Shown: one piece after another, positions 26,046 through 37,923 of the stretch
How the letters are laid out: the number at the start of each line of letters is the position of its first letter
Numbering within the stretch: the stretch's first letter is position 1
Assembly (NCBI RefSeq): GCF_006345805.1
Contig: NC_043001.1
Location: 54,932,001 to 54,996,000 of the forward strand
DNA from: Octopus sinensis
Lineage: Eukaryota
Length of the DNA: 64,000 bases
Direction of reading: 5' to 3'
Position numbers and translations under genes: made by a program
The notes under the pieces: generated by a model
Told to the model about the DNA's origin: nothing
Database searches by the model: none
Seen by the model: only the letters and a program-made list of their open reading frames with translations

Positions 26046-26295
26046 AAGAAAAGTCTAGGTTTTCGGGTCCTCGTACGTTGAAACAAACGGGAGAGCCTAT
26101 CATATAAATATATGAGAAGTAGAGCAAATCTTGAATGAAAAACAACAGTAATGAAGCACAAATGTTAAAAAATCAATTTAGTAGGTCGACAAGAAATGAA
26201 AAACAGCAATGTTTCTAACCAATTTTCCTTTGTCAAAGAAGACAAAAAAACCTGCATAAGAGTAAATATTTACATTCCTGCCGGCTGCATATGAA

Positions 26296-26347
<52 letters not shown>

Positions 26348-26507
26348 GCCTCCGTGTGTGTGTGTGTGTGCGTGTGTGTGTGTGTGTGTGTGTGGTGTGT
26401 GTGTGTGTGTGAAGTCATTCCACTGCTACATATAAATTCTATCTATCTATCTGCCTGTCTATCTCTTTCTCTCACTCTCCCCTCCCCTCCTCTCTCTCTC
26501 CTCCCCC

Positions 26508-26555
<48 letters not shown>

Positions 26556-27685
26556 ACTGTAGCCTTAAGTAACTTTTAATTAAAACGTTTCTTCTTCGCT
26601 AAGTGTTGCAAGATACCATGTCCAGCGTTGAGTTCTTCTGTCTCCCAATACACAGATAATGTCCTTAAGAATATAACCCTAAGTTGAAGACCCACGTGAC
26701 ATTCACTACACAAAAGACGACATTAAACCATTTGAATATAAATCAGCTTGCATGAGTTCATTACGCTTCGGTTTTCTTTTATATCCAAAACCACGTGACC
26801 GACTGCTCTCTCTATATATATAGTAACTAACGACCATGACTATTGCATTTCGATAATACAGGATGAGGTGAATGGTCACGAAGACAATTATTCGTCGCGG
26901 AAGAAACTGTGAGGTACCAGTACAGATATTTCTTTATTTTGGGTATCACCTATGAGATTTTTACGCTGTATTTCGGAAATGTAGAACTAGGTTATGATCC
27001 CAGCGACTTAAAATTATTTACAATTATTCCTTCACTAAATTTAGTGAATTATAATTCGACTGGATGAGCTTCGATGTCTTTAGAGAGTTCTCATGAACAT
27101 TATTCACACACACACACACACACACACACACTTAGAGATAGTGAGAGAGACAGATAGATGTGTGTGTATACATATATATTTATTTATTTATATACAGTTA
27201 TGTTTGCATATGTGTACATGAATACTTATAAGGATGTATACATACATACATATATGTAGATGTATGCGTTTATACGTATGTGGACGCATGTGGTTCAATG
27301 GAAATGACCACATTCACATTCATTTTTATAAATTTACATACAACTTGTATTTCAATGATTCTATTGAAGTGCTTTAACATATATACATAATACATACATA
27401 CATACATACATACATACATACATGTACATATATACACATACATGCATAGACAGTGCGTTTGCAAGTATTTGTACTTACAAAAGACTTCATGATAAGTAGT
27501 CAAAAACAAGTACACACACAGATGTGTACGTGTTTATATGTGCTTGTGAGTTTGTGTATTTATATATACACATATGTACATATGTTATATACATATTCAT
27601 TTGTATGCATATATATATATGTGTGTGTGTGTATGTGTATGTATGTATATATATATATGTATGTGTGTGTATGTGTGTGTGTATG

Positions 27686-27719
<34 letters not shown>

Positions 27720-28261
27720 TGTATGTATGTATGTATGTATGTATGTATGTATGTATGTATGCATGTATTAATGGATCTAAGAAACGCAACTTATGCGTAG
27801 CAGAAAGATCTCATCTTCTTAGATCCCACAATTCCATAACACTGCTTAATTTCAGATCTGAAATTTTTAGCAGTTGTAAACACATGGAACAGTGTTCCGC
27901 GCCTGATTGAGTTATTGCCTCGCAGACTTTGACATATTTTCTGTTATTTTGCTCGGTGCCACCTGTATACATTAAAGTTTCTGCAAAGTGGACGGGAAAT
28001 TTAGTTTTCCTGATTTCGTTCCTTTCTTCTCGTTCCATTTTGTGCATTAACCTTCCTCACGTTTTTTTACATGTCTTTTTTTATTCTTTCATTGTCCAGC
28101 GTCCTTGTTTTTAAAATATGTATAACGCATAAAATGAGCCTGAAAGATTGCTTAAAGATACATAGCGTATTCTATAAACATGCCTAATTAAAGCATCATA
28201 AAAGCGTGAAGCTATTAATATTAGTAACTCTTTCTGGATCGAGTACTTTTTATGTTGATTC

Positions 28262-28331
<70 letters not shown>

Positions 28332-28339
28332 GTGTGCAT

Positions 28340-28480
28340 GTGTGTGTAGAATCGACAAAAAGTACTCGATCCAGTGAGCGACTAAGTCCTGGGGTCGATT
28401 TTTTCGACTATAACTCTTTAAGGTGGTGCTCCAGCATGGCCGCAGTCAATTTACTGAAGCAAGTTAAAGAAAAAGGATAT
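28340..28480 (+). mobile_element. Family A SINE tail fragment
   Basis: GTCCTGGGGTCGAT...GGTGGTGCTCCAGCATGGCCGCAGTC. Confidence 0.8.
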
Positions 28481-28505
28481 ATATATATATATATATATAT
28501 ATATG

Positions 28506-28830
28506 CTGGCCAATGAAAAATGCGGACGCGTACTAACAATATTCTTAACAATTAAACCTGGAAAATTAGTGCTTAAAATATTGCTGCTAAAATTGAAATT
28601 AAAAAGTACTTCTTAGGTACTTTTCATATTTTTTTTATAATTCAATTAATGTCACTTTCCCTTTTTTATTTTTATTTTAATTTTGCACTAAATGAATATA
28701 TTAAAAATATTAAAATTTTCATTTTAGCAGCAATATAAGCTCTAATTTTAATGAGTTTTTTTCTTGTCCTCTACTTTTCCAGGTTTGTTAAGAATATTGT
28801 TTGTATGCATCTGCGTTTTTCATTGGCTAG
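28506..28830. mobile_element. MITE-like element with ~55-bp imperfect TIRs; superfamily unassigned
   Basis: CTGGCCAATGAAAAATGCGGACGCGTACTAACAATATTCTTAACAA..ACCTGGAAAA matches the reverse complement of 28775-28830; inner IR TATTGCTGCTAAAAT. No clear TSD. Confidence 0.7.
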
Positions 28831-30104
28831 TCCAGTGTTTTTACAGACATTGCAGTAATAGTAAAATTTTAATTAAAAATATATAAAATTACCATTTCTT
28901 GCAATCATTTTGAATTCAAAAATTTCCAAGAAAATTCCAACAAAATTTTGATTTTTTTCACTTGACTAATTCTCATTTAGAAATTAAATAAAAAAATTAA
29001 TGATAAACATTGCAACGTTGCCTTTTCTGGACATAATGTACGTACGGTAATTTCGGTACTGTACAGAATCAAAATTACAAATGAATATATTTAAAGAATT
29101 TTAAAAATAACAAAAAAAAGGAGGATACAATTGTAATAAAATAACTTTATTTTCTATAAATTAAATTAATATTGAATACAATATAATTACAAGTAGCATT
29201 TGGCTTTTCTTAACAGCCTTACTACAGACTTCAGTACTGCTCATAGAGACAAAGCCACAAATAATCATATTCTATTTACTATAAGATTAATAAATAAATT
29301 ATAAATAAAGTCATTTTTAGCATGCAAATAATTAACTCCATGTTTGAAAATTTAAAAATAGTGAAAATTGACCGTTAAAATATTTGAATTTTTGTCATTT
29401 GCCTTTTCTGAACAGCCCCACTACATGATTCATTACTGCTCATAGAGACAAAATCAAAGAAATTAAACTATTTTATTAAATAATCTTGTTATTAAAATAA
29501 TTTATTAAAAAATGGGCTTGAAAAAAACCATACAACAAAAAATTAAGCAAAAAAATTTCATTTTTATAAAAAATAATTTAGACTAATGAAAATAAATATT
29601 AGAACTCTTTGTATCGATTTGTGTTGTCTTTTATCTTTTGCTGTGTGTACACCTAAGAAATAGTTTAGTTCATATATAAGTAGTGCCCTTTTAATATCAC
29701 ACAAAAATTGATCAAAATTTGAGAATTAATATTAAATATCTTTTTTCCTAATGGATAAAATTTTACGAAACCTTTATCGATATATTCCTTTTACATTTCC
29801 CTTTCATATTACTATCAATGTAATAATTCTTAATCAAAATTAAAAGAATAGTTTATATTCAAATTGTCGGTGTCGGGCGTTACTACCTTTCAATCAACCG
29901 GTTTGGTCTATACTTTTTTTCACATAACTTCAGTTCTATGGCACCAGATTTTAAGAATTTATGTCTAAATATAGCTTATTACAAGTCAAACATAATTCAA
30001 AAAACTAAATTTAATTTCGATTAAAACTGAATTAGTGAGACCTTCGAAGACGCTGACTGTGACCAAAAAGCTACGTTAAGAAAATTATTGAACTTCTACT
30101 GTAT

Positions 30105-30131
30105 TGAATGATATATGTATATGTATGTATA

Positions 30132-30178
<47 letters not shown>

Positions 30179-30191
30179 GTTATATATATAT

Positions 30192-30269
<78 letters not shown>

Positions 30270-30288
30270 GTATATATATATTATATAT

Positions 30289-30319
<31 letters not shown>

Positions 30320-30341
30320 CTATATATAAATAGATATATAT

Positions 30342-30374
<33 letters not shown>

Positions 30375-30433
30375 AATAGATATATAGATATATATAATAT
30401 ATATAATTATATATATAAATATATATAAATATA

Positions 30434-30478
<45 letters not shown>

Positions 30479-30500
30479 ATTATATATATATATATATACG
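30105..30500. repeat. Long interrupted (TA)n array
   Basis: Directly visible. Confidence 0.95.
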
Positions 30501-30734
30501 TGTGCATGTGTAAACATATTTATATATACGTAAATTATGCATGTAAATGTCTCTATTTTTAAAGAGTAATCGGTAGGATCGGTAGAATACAACATAAGAC
30601 TCAGGCTGAAACCTTATCAATCTGTTGGTCCACCCGACTAGGAAATATCTAGCAAGACCCGGGTGCACTGTAGCTGATGTACCTAAGTATGGGCATCCGT
30701 AGGCGAAAAATAAGCTACATCATTTCCCTTCCAA

Positions 30735-30870
30735 CTCTTACTTGTTTCAGTCGTTGGACTGCGACCATACTGGAGCATCGACTTGGAGTATTTACAGGAA
30801 CAAATCAACCCTATCGCCTTCTTTTACCGAACCTGTAAGTTATAGGGACGTAAAGCAAGCCAACTCAGTT
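30735..30870 (-). mobile_element. Family A SINE tail fragment
   Basis: TTACTTGTTTCAGTC...GACTGCGACCATACTGGAGCA...GGGACGTAAA. Confidence 0.75.
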
Positions 30871-30933
30871 TCTGTGTGTGTGTGTGTGTGTTGTTGTTTA
30901 TGTGTATGCATATATCTATATTCATGTGTCTGT

Positions 30934-30967
<34 letters not shown>

Positions 30968-31269
30968 CTATATAATATATATTATAATATATATAATACA
31001 TATACACAACACACTCATATATATACAGAGGGTAAGATATATATATATAATATTATTACTATATATGCGCATACAATAATGTATAGATACATAGATAGAT
31101 TGATAGACAGATAGACAGACAGAACAACAGACAGACAGACAGGCAGGCAGGCAGGCAGGCAGGTAGGTAGGCAGGTAGGTACGTAGGTACGTAGGTAGGT
31201 ACGTAGGTACGTACGTAGCCAGCTAGCTAGCTAGCAAGATAGATAGATAGAATTTACAAAAAAAAACAA

Positions 31270-31440
31270 CAACAAAAGTCGGAGACGGGTGTGTAAACAA
31301 CAAACAGATGTATTAGTTTAACGCTCGGGAAATGAGAAAGTCTTTTACGTTTCGAGCCTACGCTCTACGACAGAAAGGAACACAGAGATGAATAGGGAGA
31401 GAAAATAGAAAAAGGTTTAGTGGCTAGATATTTATCATCT
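31270..31440 (-). mobile_element. Penelope-like terminal repeat remnant with degenerate minimal hammerhead motif (31342-31377)
   Basis: Minus strand reads CTTT-CTGTCGT-A-GAGC-GTAG-GCTC-GAAAC-GTA-AAAG: stem I, stem II and a palindromic stem III as in PLE minimal type I hammerheads, with two core substitutions. Confidence 0.55.
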
Positions 31441-31449
31441 TAGATAGAC

Positions 31450-31531
<82 letters not shown>

Positions 31532-31538
31532 ATAGATA

Positions 31539-32514
31539 TGTTTCTTTATTAGCCACACAGGGCTGCACACAGACAGGACAGATTACAAAGTAGAGCTTTT
31601 CTTTTTTGGGGGGAAAAAAAGTGGGGTAGGTTTTCGATCAAAAGGGATCGTAAAAGGAAAAGAAGAAAAAAAAGAAAACAAAGGAAAAGAAACAACAGAA
31701 AAAAAAGAAAAAAGGAAAAAAGGAAAAAAAACTATCAATAGGGATCGTGTATCACAGTGTCATGATGTAAGGTGTAAAGGGGAAAGCAGATAAGGTTTAT
31801 CCGTGGAAAGAAAAGCCTACGGAAAAGACCACGGTAACCTCGGTTAATATTGTTACATGTTACCACATTTGTTTGCAAGTGGGTAACCCTCTGTTTTAAA
31901 TTTCCGGGTTCATAGGATTATGCTCAAGGTGGCTTCGTCATTCATACGTGCCATCCTTGCTACATTCACTCAGCTTTCTTTTCTTTTGAAACATTCGCAA
32001 GACAAAACCTGCCTCTCTACTCTCACTTTCCTTTTCAAGTGATACTTGAAGAAGTTGATGAGAGATTGACCAGAGAGGAAAGTGTTTGTCTCTTATCCTT
32101 TCAGACGCGTCCACCAGATACATTCTTTCGCCATAGCTACAAGTATGATGAAAATAGCTCTTCCTTCCCGTTTGAAGGAAGGGGGCGTGACGATATTGGC
32201 TGATAAACCAACTCGTCCCACATGTGACAGCAGTCGTTCGACATAAACCCACAGGTCGGAAATGGTTAGACACTGCACGAGTGCGTGCAGAACGGTTCGT
32301 CGCTCTGACCGCATCTCGAGGAGGTCGCCCTCGTGTTTCTCGAGCCTTGTCTGTAGAGCTTATCCCGAACGGGTAGCGCTTCTCGGTAGCACTGCCAGGC
32401 CAAGGATCTCTGGAAGTTATCCATAGATCCCGGCCCGAAAGTCGTCTTGAACAGGCGGGTCAGGTATTCCTCGTCGATACCCAGGTTCGCCCCGAGCTCG
32501 TCGTCGTACCTCAG
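31539..32514 (-). mobile_element. Tx1/L1-clade LINE 3' fragment, copy 1
   Basis: Minus strand: FQRSLAWQCYREALPVRDKL...RCGQSDE/TVLHALVQC (zf-RVT CCHC)...VERQVL; 3'UTR ends TAATAAAGAAA. Flanked by (GATA)n on both sides. Confidence 0.9.
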
Positions 32515-32518
32515 ATAC

Positions 32519-32591
<73 letters not shown>

Positions 32592-32627
32592 TAGACAGGC
32601 AGACAGACAATGAGATAGATAGTTAGT

Positions 32628-32703
<76 letters not shown>

Positions 32704-33201
32704 TAGACTGACAGACAGACAGACAGATAAGCAGGTAATATTTTATTCTAAATAGATCCTTCAATTTTATTTTTGTTTCAAGAACTCATCGGGGACGAAA
32801 AGACACTTTATTGACAAGCATTTAAGTAGGTCTATATGTGCGTATACGTGTGTATGTAGGTGTGCGTGTATGTATAAAAATACGTCCATACCTTGCGCGC
32901 GCGCGCGCGTGTGTGGCTATTTATACTATTTGTGCAGATGTATATGACAATCATAACCACAACCACAAACATGAACACGTACGATATCCACCAACACGCC
33001 ACCAACATCTCCACCGCCTGTAACAACAACACCAACAATACTAGTTCAGGTACCAACAAACAAGTCTCTGCTTAGTTACTCGTCCTACTAAAAACAGCAG
33101 GGGAGTCTTCCTGGAATCACTCTCACATAGTTAAGCAAAGAAGAGATTAGGAAAATCAACATTGTAGTCAGCTAAATAAATGTATATATATATATATTAT
33201 A

Positions 33202-33250
<49 letters not shown>

Positions 33251-33420
33251 CACACATACATATAAACACATACATATACACACATATACATATACACACA
33301 CACAACCACACACACACACACACACACACCCACACATATATATATACACACACACATACATATATGTATGTATTTATATATTTGAATATATGTATATAAT
33401 ATATATATTTATTTATATAC

Positions 33421-33580
33421 AGGGCTGGCTATGTGGTAAGAAGTTTGCTTCCCAACCACATAGTTCCGGGTTCATACCTCTCTGCGTGGCACCTTGGGTA
33501 AGTGTCTTCTACTAAGACCCGAGCCGACCAAAGCCTTCTGAATGGATTTAGTAGACGGAAACTGAAAGGAGCCTGTCATG

Positions 33581-33611
<31 letters not shown>

Positions 33612-33632
33612 TTGTGAGTGAGTGTATGTGTA

Positions 33633-33663
<31 letters not shown>

Positions 33664-33711
33664 CTATATATATATATATATGTACATATATATATATATA
33701 TACACATATAT

Positions 33712-33787
<76 letters not shown>

Positions 33788-33864
33788 TATCATATATATA
33801 TATATATTATATACATATATATATAACATATATACATATATATAATATACTATATATATATATC

Positions 33865-33914
<50 letters not shown>

Positions 33915-34152
33915 CCCTTGCGTGGTGTATATATATATTAATATATATATATATATATAATATACACACCTTGCGTGTGTGTCTTTATCTTTGTTTTTGT
34001 GTCCTCATAATTTAGCGGTTCGGCAAAAGAGGCGATAGAATAAATACCACTTCTTGGAAGAGAAAGAAAAAACGCTGTCATCGATTCATTCGCCTAAAAC
34101 TTCAAGGTAGTGTCCCACCATGGCCCAGTCTAATGACTGAAACAAATAAAAA
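33421..34152 (+). mobile_element. Family A SINE head (33421-33575) and tail (~33975-34152) separated by ~400 bp of TA-rich repeat
   Basis: Head and tail are in the correct order and orientation. The tail looks more diverged than the head, so two separate elements are possible. Confidence 0.7.
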
Positions 34153-34189
34153 ATACATATTGTTATATATTGTATATATTATATCAATT

Positions 34190-34229
<40 letters not shown>

Positions 34230-34270
34230 CGTGTGTGTGTGTGTGTGTGTATGTGTGTGTATGTAAATAT

Positions 34271-34665
34271 AGGCGTTGGAGTGGCTGTGTGGATAGGCGT
34301 AGAAATGGTAAGAAGCTTGCTTCCCAACCACATGGTTCCGAGTGCAGTCCTACCGTGCGGCATTATAGGCAAATGTCTTTTACTATAGCCTCGGGCCGAC
34401 CAAAGATTTGGTAGATGAAAACTGAAAGAAGCCTGTTGTAAATATATGTGTGTGTGTGTCTATGTTTGTCCCCCTATCACCACTTGACAACCGGTGTTGG
34501 TGTGTTTACGCCCCCGTAACTTTGCGGTTCGGCAAAAAGATACCGATAGGATAAGTACACGGCTTAAAATAATAAATACTGGTGTCGATTCATCCGACTA
34601 AAATTTTAAGGCGGTGCTCCAGCATGGCCGTAGTGTAATGACTGAAACAAGTAAAAGATAAAAGA
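34271..34665 (+). mobile_element. Full-length family A SINE
   Basis: Complete head, short internal (TG)n, complete tail. Confidence 0.9.
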
Positions 34666-34704
34666 TATATTATAAAATATATATTATATCATTATATGCG
34701 CTTG

Positions 34705-35077
34705 TACTAGTTTCAGTCATTTGACTGTGGTCATGCTGGAGCACCGCCTTTTACTCGAACTAATCGACCCCAGGACTTATTCTTTTTATGCCTAGTACTT
34801 AATATATCGGTATCTTTTACCGAACCGTTAAGTTACGGGGACGTAAACACACCAACATCGGTTGTCAAGCGATGTTGGGGGGACAAATACAGGCACACAA
34901 ACATATACATATACGACAGGCTTCTTTCAGTTTCCGTTTACCAAATCCACTTACAAGGTTTTGGTCGGCCCGAGGTTATAATAGAAGACACTTGCCTAAG
35001 GTGCCATGCTGTGGGACTGAACCCGGAACCATGTGGTGCGGAAGCAAGCTTCTTATCACACAACCACACTTGCGCCT
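34705..35077 (-). mobile_element. Full-length family A SINE, tail-to-tail with the previous copy
   Basis: Reverse-complement head, core and tail; ~40 bp from the + copy. Confidence 0.9.
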
Positions 35078-35370
35078 ATATATATACTATTATGATATAT
35101 ATTGTATATGTCATATTATAATATACATAAACATATATATTACATTATGTACTACATATACTATATTGTATTGTTATATACTCATTATTTCATTGCATAT
35201 TGTATATATTGTATTGCTGTATATTATTGTATTATATTCTATTATATTATTGTCTGATATTGAATTCTTAAAGTAAGTTTGTGGGGTTTTAACTTTTGTT
35301 CGCGCAGACATATATACTCACATGCATGCATGCATACATACATACATACACACATACATACATACATACA

Positions 35371-35406
<36 letters not shown>

Positions 35407-35417
35407 TATATATATGC

Positions 35418-35476
<59 letters not shown>

Positions 35477-35529
35477 TATATTATATAATATATATATATA
35501 TATTATAATATCCAGTAAGTTTTTATATA

Positions 35530-36028
35530 TATATGCATATATACACACATATAAGTACATGCCTACATATACATGTATATATACAGGTCTATATGGGTAC
35601 AGGACGTCAAAGAGAAAACGTGGACAAAATGAGAACGAAAACATAAAAAACAAAAGCAGGGAACGGACTTTTTCTTGGAGCAACGAAAGAAACAAATAGA
35701 GAATCGAGACAGGCAGCATAGAGAACATTCCCTTCAACTGTTGTCCCCTGTTTTATCTACTATGCGTTTCGAAGGTAGGGACTGAAACGCTGAGTAGATA
35801 ACACAGGGGATTGTTGAAGGGAATGTTCTTTATGCTGCCTGTCTCGATTCTCTATTTGTTTTTCGTTGTTCGAAAAAAAGTTCGTTTCCCTGCTTTTGTT
35901 TTTTTTTGGTTTTTCGTTTCTCATTTTGTTCACATTTTTTTTTTGTTTACGTCCTGTACCCATATATTCATGTATATATACATATATGTTAGGCACGTAG
36001 GTATATGTGTGTATATAATGCATATACA

Positions 36029-36030
<2 letters not shown>
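35530..36030. repeat. Long imperfect inverted repeat (~240-bp arms, ~13-nt loop) built from the Penelope-like repeat
   Basis: Inner arm CAAATAGAGAATCGAGACAGGCAGCATAxAGAACATTCCCTTCAAC is mirrored at ~35813-35860; apex GCGTTTC-GAAGGTAGGGACT-GAAACGC. Confidence 0.92.
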
Positions 36031-36101
<71 letters not shown>

Positions 36102-37559
36102 TTATGTGATAGAACCTCCACACATCCATTTCCAAGTAAATTTTATCTATCTATCTGCCTGTCTGTCTATCTATCTATCTATATATATAGATATACACGC
36201 GCACGCGTTCATATACGCTTACATAAATTCATATATATATATGTATGTGTGTGTGTGTATCTATGTATGTGTGTATCGAGATATTTAGAAATTATAGCAC
36301 TTCTATACACACAAACACGCACACATATTTATAAATAAATTAATATAAACAACTATATGCAATTTGTTACCATAAAGGAAAAATATAATTGTTATTAAAT
36401 GCGACTAAGGGTGTCAGGACACCTACATTGCTAGAAAGAGCTAAAATGCTTTACATATCTTGCAGGTAGGAAGCCGAAGTGTTTTTGTCACTTACTCCCC
36501 CTTCCCGCTCTCTGCTCTTGCCACATTGTTAAAGTTAGACACATTTCAACTTGACTGGTGAGATTGTACAGTTGAGTTTCATTTTCAACATAGCCAGTTA
36601 GAGAAGCGGATACCCGGAATTAGGGTGGGGTCACGGACATCTACCGGCTGCACCGCCCTGATGTTACAGGTAACTGACTTGCGAACGGCGAAGGCTTACA
36701 TGGGAAAATACGCTTTTGATTCAAAAGCCCTATACAGGACCTTGTTTTGTTTTTGAACGTACATATTTATTTTTCTCTTTTTAGTATTTCGTTCTAAAGT
36801 TTACATTTCCCCCGCCGCCACCGCCACCAACACCACCACTACCACCACCACCAACCACAACAACAACAACAACAACAACAAAAACAACAACACCGCCATC
36901 ATCACGACACCATCACCTGCACCACCACCACCACCACCACCACTAATAACAACATGAATACCATTACCGGTACAAACAAGGAAGTTTCTGCTTAGTCGTT
37001 TTACCTGCTAGAAATAAGAGTTAAATACCTCTGGAATCACATTCTACTGTTTTTATTAAAGAGAGAACACAAAAAATATATAGTCCTTGACTGCTGGACT
37101 GTCTTTAAGTATTGGTGTATTCGTTCAGGGCTGTCTTAGAGTTTAGCTACAGCAACAATAATTTACGAGCCAAAAGAAGCGAGGGTGTTTAAGAAGCCAA
37201 TAGACCGGTTAGAAATAGCAGCCACATCTCTATCATAACACGCCTTCACTCGGGAAAGGAAAGACCCATTAGATAATGTTTTTATTTCATAGGCTTAAAA
37301 AGGCGGGATAATCATGGCTGGATAGCCTCTTATCATAGGGATGCTCGATCAGGATAGACCCTGGGGTGGCATGGAGATAGGAGTAAACAATAACACAACA
37401 TTACTACCACTGCCACTACTGCTACTTGTTGCCATACTTTTATGACTACTCTCACTACTACCAACCGCCAACCGCCAACCACCACACTATCATTGTGTTC
37501 ACTTACAACCGCTTTGAACACCTTCCTCCCCACCTCTCTATCTTTCTCTCTATTTCTGT

Positions 37560-37578
37560 TTATATTTATCCCTCCCTC

Positions 37579-37615
<37 letters not shown>

Positions 37616-37670
37616 CTACCTGTACCTGTGCCTCTGGCTCTATTTCATATTCTGTCTTTCCATTCGACAG
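37560..37670 (+). promoter_or_regulatory. Candidate 3' splice acceptor for the exon containing the NHL CDS
   Basis: Long CT-rich tract ending TTCTGTCTTTCCATTCGACAG|G at 37670/37671. The in-frame TAA at 37918-37920 makes 37671-37923 5'UTR. Confidence 0.6.
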
Positions 37671-37923
37671 GTGAAACGGCTGCTACTGCTATAACAGGCT
37701 GAAACATAACAGCAAGTAGAACAGCAGGTATAACACCAGCAACAGGCAGAACAAATGTAAAACAAAAACGAAAAACAACAAAACACATCATTGCTGTCAA
37801 TAACTGCTACTGCTGTTCACATCAATACGACGACCACTACAACATCAACAATATCAACAGTAACCAACATTCACAACAATAACATTTGCAACGGTAACAT
37901 ATTCACCAGGCCGGCGCTAAAGT

